DNA from: the human T2T-CHM13v2.0 reference genome, Homo sapiens
Assembly (NCBI RefSeq): GCF_009914755.1
Contig: NC_060927.1
Direction: 5' to 3' (one strand)
Length of the DNA: 64,000 bases
This document shows, piece after piece, positions 25,449 to 41,716 of the stretch; the stretch's first letter is position 1; every line of letters starts with the position of its first letter. The notes beneath the pieces were generated by a model that worked only from the letters and a program-made list of their open reading frames with translations, did not search any database and was not told where the DNA came from. The position numbers were made by a program, and so were the translations under genes.

Positions 25449-26003
25449 TGGTTGTACCTTGAACAGATACAAAGCATGTAGAAGAGGAAAGCATTTGGGA
25501 GGGAGAATAATTGGTTGGATACATTAAGTGTCAAGTGACAGTAGGACCTCTAGAAATACACAAACAGAGCTCCACAGGTTTTTTCATTGTCATTTCTTAT
25601 ACCTTTTGTTCCACTACCTACTTTTTTCCTACAACTTTCTGTTTATTTTATAGTTTATGAATTTTAAGCAAAATACTTCCTTCTGCCTCTTACCAGTAAT
25701 TTTCAAAAGCGTCTGTATTGGTTAGGATTAGATTTGGCTGGGAATGACAGAAAACTAAAAATAAAAGCAGTTTAAACAAGTTTATTTCTCTCTAATGCAA
25801 ATGAAGTTTGAGCTGTCCAGGCTTTCTTATGGTGGTTTGGTCATGATCAGGGACCCAGGTTCTTTCAACCATGTAGCCCCATCTTAACATGTGATTTCTA
25901 TCTTATTGTTCAAGATGGCTATTTGAGTGTCAGTTATCAGTTTTATTTAGCAACCAATGGGAAGGAAGGGGGATGAAAATGGGCCCTGTCTTTAAGGATA
26001 CTT

Positions 26004-27130
26004 CCTGGACATAGTGAGTAGAAGGATGGTTACCAGAGTATGGGAAGGGTAGTTAGGGGGCTGGGGGGAAGGTGGGAATGGTAAAGGGGTATAAAAAAGG
26101 TAGAATGAGTAAGACCATCAGAGAAATGCAAATCAAAACCACAATGATATAGGTGGCTCACGCCTATATGTATCTCACACCAGTTAGAATAGTGATCAGT
26201 AAAAAGCCAGGAAACAACAGGTGCTGGAGAGGATGTGGAGAAACAGGAACACTTTTACACTGTTGGTGGGACTGTAAACTAGTTCAGCCATTGTGGAAGA
26301 CAGTGTGGCGATTCCTCAAGGATCTAGAACTAGAAATACCATTTGACCCAGCCATCCCATTACTGGGTATATACCCAAAGGATTATAAATCATGCTGCTA
26401 TAAAGACACATGCACATGTATGTTTATTGCGGCACTATTCACAATAGCAAAGACTTGGAACCAATCCAAATGTCCATCAATGATAGACTGGATTAAGAAA
26501 ATGTGGCACATATACACCATGGAATACTATGCAGCAATAAAAAAGGATGAGTTCATGTCCTTTGTAGGGACATGGATGAAGCTGTAAACCATCATTCTGA
26601 GCAAACTATCTAAGGGCAGAAAACCGGACACCACATGTTCTCACTTATACGTGGGAATTGAACAATGAGAACACTTGGACACAGAGCGGGGAACATCACA
26701 CACTGGGGCCTGTCGTGGGGTGGGGGAGGGGGGAGTGATAGCATTAGGAGATATACTTAATGTAAATGACGAGTTAATGGGTGCAGCACACCAACATGGC
26801 ACATGTATACATGTGTAACAAACCTGCACATTGTGCACCATGTACCCTAGAACTTAAAGTATAAAAAAAAAGACCTACTATTTGATACCACAATAGGGTG
26901 AGTATAGTCAATAATGACTTAATTGTACATTTTAAAATAACATAAAAAGAAAAAAATAAAATAATGCAGAGTATAATTTGATTGGTTGTAACTCAAAAGA
27001 TAAATGCATGAGGGGATGGATACTCTATTCCCCATGATATGCTTATTTCACATTGCATGCCTGTATCAAAACATCTCCTGTACTCCATAAATAAATACAC
27101 CTACTATGTATCCACAAAAATTTCTTAAAA
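26004..27130 (+). mobile_element. L1MA1/2-like 3' UTR fragment split by L1PA
   Basis: GAGTAGAAGGATGGTTACCAGAG...CATTGCATGCCTGTATCAAAACATCTC...ACACCTACTATGTA. Confidence 0.82.
26117..26871 (+). mobile_element. 5'-truncated L1PA (PA4/5-like): ORF2 C-terminus, 3' UTR and poly-A; TSD AAGACC
   Basis: Translation RCWRGCGETGTLLHCWWDCKLVQPLWKTVWRFLKDLELEIPFDPAIPLLGIYPK; G-rich 3' UTR; premature TAA at 26585. Confidence 0.95.
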
Positions 27131-27335
27131 AAGGATACTTTTGAGCGTTTCAAGCATTACTTCTAGTTATGTTCAGTTGATCAGAATTTAGTCATAGCCA
27201 CACTTCAGCTTCAAGGAGGGCTGCAGAACGTCTTTATTTTAGGCAGCTATGTGCCCAGTTAAAAAGCAGATTTTCTCCCAAGGTAAAGAGAGCAGATAGG
27301 CATTAGGAGACTACTAGTAGTCTTTTAATTTTCCA

Positions 27336-27635
27336 GGCCGGGCACGGTGGCTCACACCTGTAATCCCAGCACTTTGGGAGGTCGAGGCAGGCGGATCATG
27401 AGATCAAGAGATGGAGACCATCCTGGCCAACATGGTGAAACCCCATCTCTACTAAAAAAAATACAAAAATTAGCTGGGCGTGGTGGTGCGTGCCTGTAGT
27501 CCAAGCTACTCAGGAGGCTGAGGCAGGAGAATTGGTTGAACCCAGGAGGTGGAGGTTGCAGTGAGCGAAGGTCGTGCCATTGCGCTCCAGCCTGGCAACA
27601 GGGCGAGACTCCATCTCAAAAAAAAAAAAAAAAAA
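27336..27635 (+). mobile_element. AluSc-like flanked by a ~75-bp direct repeat
   Basis: ATCAAGAGATGGAGACCATCCTGGCCAACATGG and CCTGGCAACAG diagnostics. Confidence 0.85.
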
Positions 27636-27912
27636 GCAGGGATTTGCTCCCAAGGTAAGAGAGCAAATAGACATTGGGAGACTATTAGTAGTCTCTTAAT
27701 TTCCCAGAATGAGAACCAGATTCTTTCCGGTTACAGAACTCGTTTCTCCAAACATTAATTATTCTTATAATAATTTTAAAAAATACTAAATATATAATTA
27801 TCACCAGCCAAATGCTTCTTTTAAGAAATAGAGACAGGGGGCCGGGCACGGTGGCTCACGCCTATAATCCCAGCACTTTGGGAGGCCGAGGCAGGTGGAT
27901 CACCTAAGGTCA

Positions 27913-28209
<297 letters not shown>

Positions 28210-28212
28210 TCA

Positions 28213-28707
<495 letters not shown>

Positions 28708-28801
28708 TCAGTAGATTCAGAAGCTAAGTTACTGTATGGTAAAGACCATGTTTTGCCTGAGCAGCTTTGGATATGGTTTTTTCTTTTTTTTCTTTTTTTG
28801 A

Positions 28802-29011
<210 letters not shown>

Positions 29012-29568
29012 TGATCCCCCTGCCTTGGCCTCCCAAAGTGGTAGGATTACAGGACTGAGCCACAGCACTTGGCCGGATATAGTTTTTCTATGTGTGTTTT
29101 TCCTAAACCTTATTATACATAAACATACAAGGACAGAGATCAAATGCCCCCTGTCTAGAAACACCATTTCTGCCAGGCCCATCTTAATAAGACTATGTCT
29201 TCTTTTTATTTGTTTCTATACTTCCTTTTTTTTTTTTTTTTTTCTGAGACAGGGTTTCACTCTTGTTGCCACCACACTCAGCTAATTTTTGTGTTTTTAG
29301 TAGAGACAAGGTTTCATCATGTTAGCCAGGCTGGTCTGGAACTCCTGACCTGAAGTGATCCCCCCACCTCGGCATCCCGAAGTGCTGGGATTACAAGCGT
29401 GAGCCATCACGCTCAGCCTAGACTTCTTAGTGTGGTGTTTCATTTTCTTTTCTCTGGTTCCCATCCAGCTTTGTTCATTGTACATGCTCACGGTGCACTT
29501 TATATGACCTGTTGGCATATTTTCTCACTCTCTTTTTGTCTCTCTTCACTTCCAGCAGTGTTAAATAA

Positions 29569-29987
<419 letters not shown>

Positions 29988-30097
29988 CTAAGGAACAGTA
30001 CTGATATATCATGGCTAAAGAAGCAGGCTCAGCTTCTTTGTCCCTTTCACTAATTTGCTATGGCTTCTAACATAGGCTAGGAAAAGAAAAAAATCTG

Positions 30098-30214
30098 TTT
30101 CTCTTTCTCCTCTCCTCTCCTCTCCTCTTCCCTCTCCTCTCCTCTCCTCTCATCTTCCCTCCCCTCCCCTCCCCTCTCCTCCCCTACTCCCCTCTCCTCC
30201 CCTCCCCTCTCTTT
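30098..30214. repeat. (CCTCT/CCCCT)n polypyrimidine simple repeat
   Basis: About 115 nt almost purely C/T. Confidence 0.95.
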
Positions 30215-30225
30215 ATCTGTCTATC

Positions 30226-30443
30226 TGCTAAGGGCAGCAAATCTGTATCCATACAGGTCTGCAGCAACTTCAATTCTTGCCTCCTCAGAAGAAACAATTT
30301 GACTGAGGGTCATAAGGCAGAAGGAGAGACCAAGGCAAGTTTTACAACAGGAGAGAGTTTATTTAAAAGCTTTAGAACAGGAATGAAAGGAAGGAAAGTA
30401 CACTTGGAAGAGGGCCAAGCAGGTGACCTGAAAGACAAGTGCA
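30226..30443 (-). mobile_element. ERV1 LTR 3' fragment (MER50/MER4-group-like)
   Basis: GGTCTGCAGCAACTTCAATTCTTGCCTCCTCAGAAGAAA...GTACACTTGGAAGAGGGCCAAGC. Confidence 0.7.
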
Positions 30444-30629
30444 CCAACACATAGCCTTTCAACAGGATAGAGAGCAGTTAAAACTGCCCTGGAAAAGCCA
30501 GACTTACAGGCTACTCTGTATAATAGAAACTTCAGGACAGGGTGCGGTGGCTCACACCTGTAATCTCAGCACTTTGGGAGGCCGAGGTGGGCGGATCACG
30601 AGGTCAGAAGATCGAGACCATCCTGGCTA

Positions 30630-30864
<235 letters not shown>

Positions 30865-31908
30865 TCAAAGGTCTCCCTTTTTATGATTTTATTTAAAAAA
30901 ATTTTTTTTTTTTGAGACAGAGTCTCACTCTGTTGCCCAGGCTGGAACGCAGTGGCGTGATTTCGGCTCACTGCAACCTCCCCTCCCAGGTTCAAGCAAT
31001 TCTCGTGCCTCAGCCTCCTGAGTAGCTGGGATTACAGGTGCCCACCACCATGTCTGGCTAATTTTTTTGTATTTTTAATAGAGACAGGGTTTCACCATCT
31101 TGGCCAGGCTAGTCTTGAACTCCACACCTTGTGATCCACCCACCTTGGCCTCCCAAAGTGCTGGGATTACAGACGTGAGCCACTGCGCCCAGCTCAATTT
31201 TTATATTTTTGGTACAGACCAGGTTTCACTATATTGGCCAGGCTGTTCTCAAACTCCTGACCTCAGTTGATTCGCCCACCTCAGCTCCCAAAGTGCTGGG
31301 ATTACAGGCATGAGCCACTGCGCCCAGCAGGGTCTCCCTTTTTAAACGTATTTTCTTTTTATAGCCTACAAACTACAAGAGATGCCTTTTAATAAACTGG
31401 ATGGTATGTCTTAACGTCTGATGGAGTTTAAAGGCATCCAAGGGTTACGTCTGTGATAGATTGCCAAGGCATACAGGTCTGATCAGGAGAGTTTCTTGAT
31501 GACTAGCTATGGGCTATGCCTTTGTAGCACATGATCCCAACTCCAGCAGGGATATAGTTAGTGACATGCTGGCTTTGTCTTCTCCCTAACTCCTGGATTA
31601 CTACAAATTTCTTCTTCGTGCAGGAATCATTCCCTCACTCTATACATATCTGCTGTTAAAAAAAAAAAAGTTAAGATATTATAGCCATTATATTGTAGCA
31701 GCCATGATATTATAGCTCAGTAAATGCTGCTTTCCAAATATTGGCTAATTTAACCATAGCATGTCTTCAATGTTAGAAGCCAGCCCTCATTTTTATCAAG
31801 GGCTGAAGTTTGATAATTCTTTGTGTTATTTGCTTGTGAAAATAAGTAGAACAAAAAGGATTAGGGACCTAACCTTGTATCCCATGTATCCCAGTGAACC
31901 TTTTCTGA

Positions 31909-32268
<360 letters not shown>

Positions 32269-32976
32269 TAACACCTGTAATTCCAGCCCTTTGGGAGGCT
32301 GTGGCAGGAGGATCATTTGAGCCCAGGAGTTCAAGACCAGCCGGGGCATCATAGGAAGACCCCATGTCTGCATAAAATAAAATAAATTAGCCAGACTTGG
32401 TGACATGCACGTATTGTCCCAGCTTGTCAGGAAGCTGAGGTGGGATGATTGCTTGAGCTCAGGAGATCAAGGCTACAATGAGCTATGATCATACAACACC
32501 AGTGCACTCTAGCCTGAGTGACAGAGCAAGACCCTGTCTCAAAAAAAGCAGGGGGGCATAGTCACCTCCCTAAAATATTAGTTGAACAGTATGTATTCAG
32601 AAGTCCAGAGGCTCTGTATTTTATTAATATTTTCAAGGCACTATTTCTGCAGAAATCAAGTCAGCAAGACTCTTTGAGGACGTTACAGGCAGAGGGGCTA
32701 AAGATACCTTTGAGGAAGCTCAAGTACTTGGGTGGGAGGTGATAGATAAAGGGTCAGTAGAAATAATGTCTCTTTTTATTTTTTTTCCCATTAAAAAATT
32801 TTGTTTTAATAGCAATGGAGATGGGGTCTCACTGTGTTCCCTGAGCTGGTCTGGTCTCGAGCTCCTGGGTTCAAGCAGTTCTCCCACCTTGACCTTCTAA
32901 AGTGTAGGGATTATAGACATGAGCCACCATGCGTGGCAAATTTCTTTTCTTTCCTTTTTTTTTTTTTTTTTTTTGA

Positions 32977-33081
<105 letters not shown>

Positions 33082-33084
33082 TGA

Positions 33085-33291
<207 letters not shown>

Positions 33292-34394
33292 TAGCTGCTG
33301 GTTCTTTGGGGATGCCTGGGGAATACTGTGCAGGCTTTGTGATGGGCTCAGCAGTGAGGCCTGTACAGTATCTTAGGTCTTGTGGGCCTCAGTCTGCTCT
33401 CTTGGCTGTTCTCTACCACCTCCTGCCATTAAGTTTTTAAGAAAAAGGAATAGTTTTATTATATTCTTTGGTAAACAAAGCAAATTAAGAAGCTTTATAT
33501 TTTCCACATTTATTTACCAAACTCCCTATTTGTTTTTCTCTATAGTGATTCAGTTTAGAGACCTATTCAATGAAGCATGCCTTGATGTTGAATTTAGAGT
33601 CTACTTTTTCCAGAAGAAAAGAGCCAGGGAGCTCCAATAGTAGTCATCTCAGAATATAAAAGTGTTATAGAAATGATGTAAATCAGGCCGGGTACAGGGG
33701 CTCACGCCTGTAATCCCAGCACTTTGGGAGGCCGAGGCGGGCGGATCATGAGGTCCGGAGATCGAGAACATCCTGGCTAACAGGGTGAAACCCCGTCTCT
33801 ACTAAAAATACAAAAAAAATCAGCCAGGTGTGGTGGCCGGCACCTGTAGTCCCAACTACTCAGGAGGCTGAGACAGGAGAATGGCGTGAACCCAGGAGGA
33901 AGAGCTTGCAGTGAGCCGAGATCGCGCCACTGCACTCCAGCCTAGGCAACAGAGCAAGACTCCGTCCCCAAAAAAAGAAGAAAAAGAAGAAAAGAAATGA
34001 TGTAAATCAGCTGCCCTTCACTCTGTGTTGAGGTGGGGGATGTCCCTAATTGCAGTAGGAGAGAGCCTCTCTTTTATCTGGGACTAAAAGCCCTTGCCCT
34101 ACATACCTCATAATTATTTTAGGGTTAACTGATTCAATTGTCAGAAAAGAACAAGCTGTATCTTGTTTCTGTACATATTCTACTTTGTGAGTATTTTTAT
34201 TTCATTGCTATGTGATTGGAATCAACTCAGGAAAGAGGAAAAAAATAAGATAGAGGTTATAGAATTCTGAATTCTGAAGGGAATTCTGAGAATTATCAGT
34301 AAAATATGTCAAAATGTGATATTTTACTTCCACCAAGAATTAGGCCATATCTTTGTGTGAAAATAAATTATTATTATTTATTTATTTATTTTGA

Positions 34395-34553
<159 letters not shown>

Positions 34554-35397
34554 TAGTAGAGACAGGGTTTCACCATGTTGGCCAGGCTGGTCTCGAACTC
34601 CTGACCTCAGGTGATCCACCCCCCCCCCCCCCCCCACCCTTGGTCTCCCAAAGTGCTGGGATTACAGGCATGGGCCACCGCACCCAGCATACGGAAATAA
34701 ATTATTAACCAGAGAAATTTTGACTAAGGTTTTTATAAATGTTAGGTGAACCATTGCTCTAAAAGATACAAAATTATAACAAGCTGAAAAGTTTTTTAAA
34801 AATCTGCATTTTAGTGGTTCAGTTTTTCAGTTGTTCTGAGTGCTAATAGTTGGAGTTTATAAATTGTAAGAAGCAATCTACGGAGATTCTGTGATGAAGG
34901 AATTTGTTGAATGCCCTGTCTGCCTCACAGTCTCAGTCTTTATGATAGAGTCTTGTCTTCTCACAAGGAGAGAAAAGATTTGAGGCTCTTTTGATTACTT
35001 ACTTACTTGCTTATTTATATATTTTGCCTCTTTGTTTTTGCCGCAAATACAAATGTAATGGAACCTTAGAATAGGAGAGACGTGTGGATCCCCTGGTAGG
35101 CACTGTTCTTTCTATGTTCCTGGAGCCAAGTTCATGGAATTACCTCCAAGACTACGGATCCCTGGTTTTCTTTCATCATGATAGGAGGCATTTTCTAGAA
35201 CCTGAATCTTACTTTAAAATGCATGTAAGACCTGCAAGGAGTGGTAGTGAAGTGGGTGGAATATATTCTTAGCACCAGACACCTTTAAAATATTTAAGTT
35301 CTCGGCCGGGTGCCCTGGCTCACGCCTGTAATCCCAACACTTTGGGAGGCCGAGGTGGGCAGCTCACGAGGTCAGGAGACCGAGACCATCCTGGCTA

Positions 35398-35832
<435 letters not shown>

Positions 35833-37099
35833 TCACCCAGGCTGGAATGCAATGGCGTGAGCTTGGCTCACTGCAGCCTCGACCTCACAGGTTCAAGCAA
35901 CCCTCCCACCTCAGCCCCTGGAGTAGTTAGGATAACAGGCGCACACTACCATTTTGTATTTTTTGTAGAGGCGGGGTTTTATCACATTGCCCAGGCTGGT
36001 CTCGAACTCCTGAGCTCAAGCAATCCACCTGCCTTGACCTCCCCAAATGCTGGGGTTACAGGCGTGAGCCACTGTGCCCAGCCGCAGAGTTCATCTTGAG
36101 ACCCTGACTTCTGCCAGCTCTGATCCTAGTGGGTGGGGCTCTGGGGCTCAGTGAAACAGTCAGCCGTTTTGCTTCAGAGAACACAAATAAGATTTTGGCT
36201 TGATGCTGGTTGTTGCTGGCGTCATATAGTCTAAAACGTTTGCTGTCAAGAACATTTTAGTAAAAGTTTTTGTTGTGCTTTCATCTAGTCAAGAAAAGAT
36301 AGGAAGTGGCAGCTGACAGGGCAGTGTCTTCATGCCCCTCAACCTTACATTGGACACTGAAGTAGGATTGTGTTTTCACTGGAAGTCCCAGTGGGGCCTT
36401 ATCTCCTGGATGCTCAAAGTGCAGCTCAGATCCTGTTGGGTAAAAAGTCTAGTCAAAATGGAGGACATGGAGAAGGCCAACAGGCAGAGCTATAGAGCTG
36501 ACATAGGGCATTCTTTGTACTTCCCTTAGCCACTGTACTTTCTTTCTTCCTCCATCTCCTCCTTCCCTCTTCTATCTCATTTTGGTTTGGCCTTTGGGAA
36601 TAGTGGGTTTTAAAAAATATTTGAACTATAACATATCCTTGTACCATAAAGAATGAGCCTGACTGCTTTACAAAGGATTTCTATAAAAAGTAATCTTTTA
36701 TACTAAGAGAAATGACACATCTGTTTTAAACCTGTTACTTTTCTTCCCCGGGCTTTGCTCTTTCTGCAGGTCCGTTTGACATGGTTCTTGAAACTCCTGG
36801 TAGCAGCCATTTACTAGTAGCACTCTTTATCTTAGACACAGCACCTAAAGCAATTGTAGGTGTTTTAAGAACAGAAAGCCCATCTTAAGCAGACCAGTTT
36901 GAGGGATTGGCAGTGCTGTCAAGAAACAAGGGCTTTGTGGCAGTCTCTCTAAAAACTCCCTATGAGTCCATTTCTTGCAAACTTCTTTAGACTCTACTGT
37001 ATCTTTTCATCAGAAGCTACCTCTTTGATGTGGGAAGTGTCATGAATGGACTGACTCTCTGGAATTTAAAAACAAAGACAATATGGCAAAAAGAAAACC

Positions 37100-37255
37100 T
37101 GACTTTTAGTACTGTATGTGTTGCTAATTAGCTCTGTATTCTTGGGCAGACTACTCCATGTATCCCAGCCATCCATATGCCCTATTTGTAAGGATCTAAT
37201 GAGATGATATTGTGAAGAATGCCTTTGTAAACTGTAAATTGCTTTGTGAATAAAG
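37100..37255 (+). mobile_element. MIR fragment
   Basis: TTAGCTCTGTATTCTTGGGCAGACTACT...TAATGAGATGATATTGTGAAG. Confidence 0.55.
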
Positions 37256-38407
37256 ATACTATCTCTGATAAACAGTACCAGTTCTCAGCCACCAATAACC
37301 TGATACTCCCATACTGTGTTTGGAAGAAACACAAAACAATGAAGAGTAATTGTGACTTTTCAATGTGAGTTGTATTCACAAAGCTCATATACTTTTTCCC
37401 TGCCTTTTGATACTGTTTATCGCTTTCTGTGTTGTAATGGGAAGATCACACAGCAATCATTTTCTCAGTACAAAGTATAACTACAACTGAGCTTGCATTG
37501 AAGATCTTTAACAAAGATGCAAAGCTGCTGTCCAGAAATGTTTTCTTTCCATTTTCTCTTGTACCTCCCAGTATTTTAAGAATCCTTGAGGCTGGGCACC
37601 ATAACTCACGCCTGTAATCTCAACACTTTGGGAAGCTGAGGCAGGAGGATCACTTGGGCCCAGGAGTTTGAGACCAGCCTGGGCAACATAGTGAGACCCC
37701 CATCTCTACAAAAAAATTTAAAAATTAGCTGGGCATGGTGGTGTGCACCTGTGGTCTCAGCTACTTAGGGAGGCTGAGGTAGGAGGATTGCTTGAGCCTG
37801 GGAGGTCAAGGCTGCAGTCAGTCATGATTGCACCACTGTGCTCTATCTAGCCTCCAACCTGGGCAACAGAAGCGAGACCCTGTCTTTTTTTTAAAAAAAA
37901 AAGACTATCCTTGATGATTGGTTTTGAGCCAACGGAATGGGAGCATATGGTAGAGTTTCAACACTCTGACCCTAGTCCTTCTGACAGGCAGTCACAAAAT
38001 GAGATCATGAAGTCTCTAAGAGCAGCTGATGAAAAAGGAAATGGGAATGTAGATGTTCAATCAGCAGCCCTCCAGACCCAGAGTTTGCTCCTCTGTGGTG
38101 TCTCTAGGTGGAGAATAAGGACTTGATTTGCCATTCTGGAGTGCAAATATCTAGCTTTTTGCAGCTTCATATTAAGATTTCTTGAAATGTACTTAGTAAT
38201 ATCCATGTGTGACTTTGCCAAGTGATGGCTTTGGGCTGGAAAGGATTTTAGCAGGTTTTAGTCTAATTTAAGCCTAATCTAACACTGCTGAGAAAGGAGG
38301 AGATGTCTTTGGTTTTACTTTCTAATATATGGTACCTCTTAGCCGGGTGCAGTGGCTCATGCCTGTAATCCCAGCACTTCGGGAGGCCGAGGCAGGCGAT
38401 CACTTTA

Positions 38408-38941
<534 letters not shown>

Positions 38942-39543
38942 TGATCTCCTGACCTTGTGATCCTCCCACCTCAGCCTCCCAAAGTGCTGGGATTACAGGC
39001 ATGGGCCACCGTGCCCAGCCTTTTTTTTTTTTTTTTTAAAGAGACGGAGTCTCACTCTGTCACCCAGGCTGGAGTGCAGTGGCGTGATCTTGGCTCAGTG
39101 CAACCTCCACCTCCCGGGTTCTAGCAATTCTGCCTCAGTCTTCCGACTGGCTGGGACTGCAGGTGTATATCACCGCAACCAGCTAATTTTTTGTATTTTA
39201 GTAGAGACAGGGTTTCACTGTGTTGCCCAGGCTGGTCTCGAACTGAGCTCAGGCAGTCCACCCGCCTCGGCCTCCCAAAGTGCTAGGATTACAGGCGTGA
39301 GCCACCGTGCCTGGCCTATATGGTACCTCTTTAGGAGCCAGACCTGGTTAATCAGACACATGGCTTTCATGACTCCTTTGCTTGAGTAGCTTAATAACTC
39401 AATAAATCAAAAGATGAATAAATATTCTAATGTGTGAAGATACTCTAATAGATAATAGGCAATTAAGAATGGACATCCACGGCTGGGCGCTGGGGCTCAT
39501 GCCTGTAATCCCAGCACTTTGGGAGGCTGAGGCGGGTGGATCA

Positions 39544-39768
<225 letters not shown>

Positions 39769-40869
39769 CTACCCATTCATTAATCTAACTCCCTACAGGA
39801 TACTTTCCTAGGAGACACTGACAGGTCTGTTTTCTGAAATCCAGAGAAAGGCAGCAATGGGGAGGGGTGCAGTGTATGTATGTCATACCTGTGCTTGGTA
39901 TATCTGAGTTGCCTGTGTATGATAGCAGCTGGGGAATCAAATCATAGATAAATTGTTCTCATACAGGTTTGTCCTATGACTACCTATTCTTATTAAACAA
40001 TTGGCTATATTGACCCTTTTTGGTTTTGGAAAAATAATAATAATTTTTTTAAGAGAGAAAAAGAAACAATTGGCTACCCTTCAACAGTGATGTTAAAACC
40101 ATTTCACATTCTTTAGCAGTGGTCACTGTCCTATGTCTAACTATGTGCAGGTTGAGAAAAAGGACTGCCCGAGTTATAGATGATTCTGTGAGAATAAGAA
40201 ATCATTGCTTTTGTAACACATGAGGTAAAAGTAATCTCAAAGTTGACATGCTGATGGGGACTCCTGGCAAGGGGAGTTCCCTGCCCTCAACAAAAGGTCA
40301 TCCACAGCTACTGGAACATTTTTGTTGTCTGAGAAGTATAAAGTGCCTTAGAAATACCTGAATCCATTAATGCCTCCAGTTGGTGAAATCAGAATTTGCA
40401 GGTGACTGAAATTGACAGTAGTGCCTTGTTCTTACTCACTGTTCAAATGACAACCCACATGTTTTATGGATTGGGTATACAGATGTATGCTCTAACAGCA
40501 GTATCTCCCTCCAGAGCCACTGTGTACCAAGCACCAGGTCCTCCAGGGATAGTTGGCTCTATTCAGTCTTTGATTCATTCAACAAGAGCTTACTAAGCTC
40601 CTTTTTGGTACCAGATACTCTTTGTTGCTGAAAATAAATAAAAGGCCAGCAAGATTAAGTAGACTGTGAGATCTGGACCAGTAATTTGACAACACAAAGT
40701 ACTGTCGTAAAGATACAGTTTCTGATGTGTAGTGACCATTCCGTATGAAAGCTTAGTCTTTCAGGAGATTAAAATGGGTGGTGGAATATTCCTACCTAGC
40801 AAGCAAGCAAGGTGAAATGAGTGGCTGTTTGACTCCCACCTGCTGATGCTGGTCTTTTTTGGTTCCTAG

Positions 40870-41100
40870 GGCTTATAATGATCAACATTTCTTGAGCCCT
40901 CACTATATTCTATGCTAAGCTCTTTACATGTATGAATTTACTTAATCTTCACAACCACCCTAAGAAATAGGTACTGTTGTCCTTACTTTACAGATGAGGA
41001 AATGGAAGCACAAAGAAGTTAAGGACCTTGCTGAAGGTCATGGAGTAGAGGCAGGATTCAAATTTAGGGAACTCAGCCTACAGTCCATGCTCTTAAAGAT
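40870..41100 (-). mobile_element. MIR
   Basis: TTAATCTTCACAACCACCCT...TTTACAGATGAGGAAATGGAAGCACAAAGAAGTTAAG. Confidence 0.85.
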
Positions 41101-41158
41101 GTTATATCCTGTCTCTGGGCTTAGAAGGGGTTCATCTTAGGCCGGACACAGTGGCTCA

Positions 41159-41501
<343 letters not shown>

Positions 41502-41557
41502 TAAGGTTGGGAATTCGAGACCAGCCTGACCAACGTGGAGAAACCCCGTCTCTACTA

Positions 41558-41716
<159 letters not shown>

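Larger units (their letters stand above)
25715..27325 (-). mobile_element. MLT1 (J/K-like MaLR) LTR split by L1MA (26004-27130)
   Basis: CAGAATTTAGTCATAGCCACACTTCAGCTTCAAGG...GCAGCTATGTGCCCAG; TSD AAGGATACTT at 25994-26003 and 27131-27140. Confidence 0.7.

Noticed and set aside
26153-26587. 144-aa ORF with a Cys/His motif
   Set aside because: C-terminal remnant of L1 ORF2 in a 5'-truncated copy; no promoter, endonuclease or RT domain; ends at a premature stop.
34261-34295. GAATTCTGA x3 resembling a heat-shock element
   Set aside because: GAA and TTC are directly adjacent rather than in nGAAnnTTCn spacing; more likely slippage.
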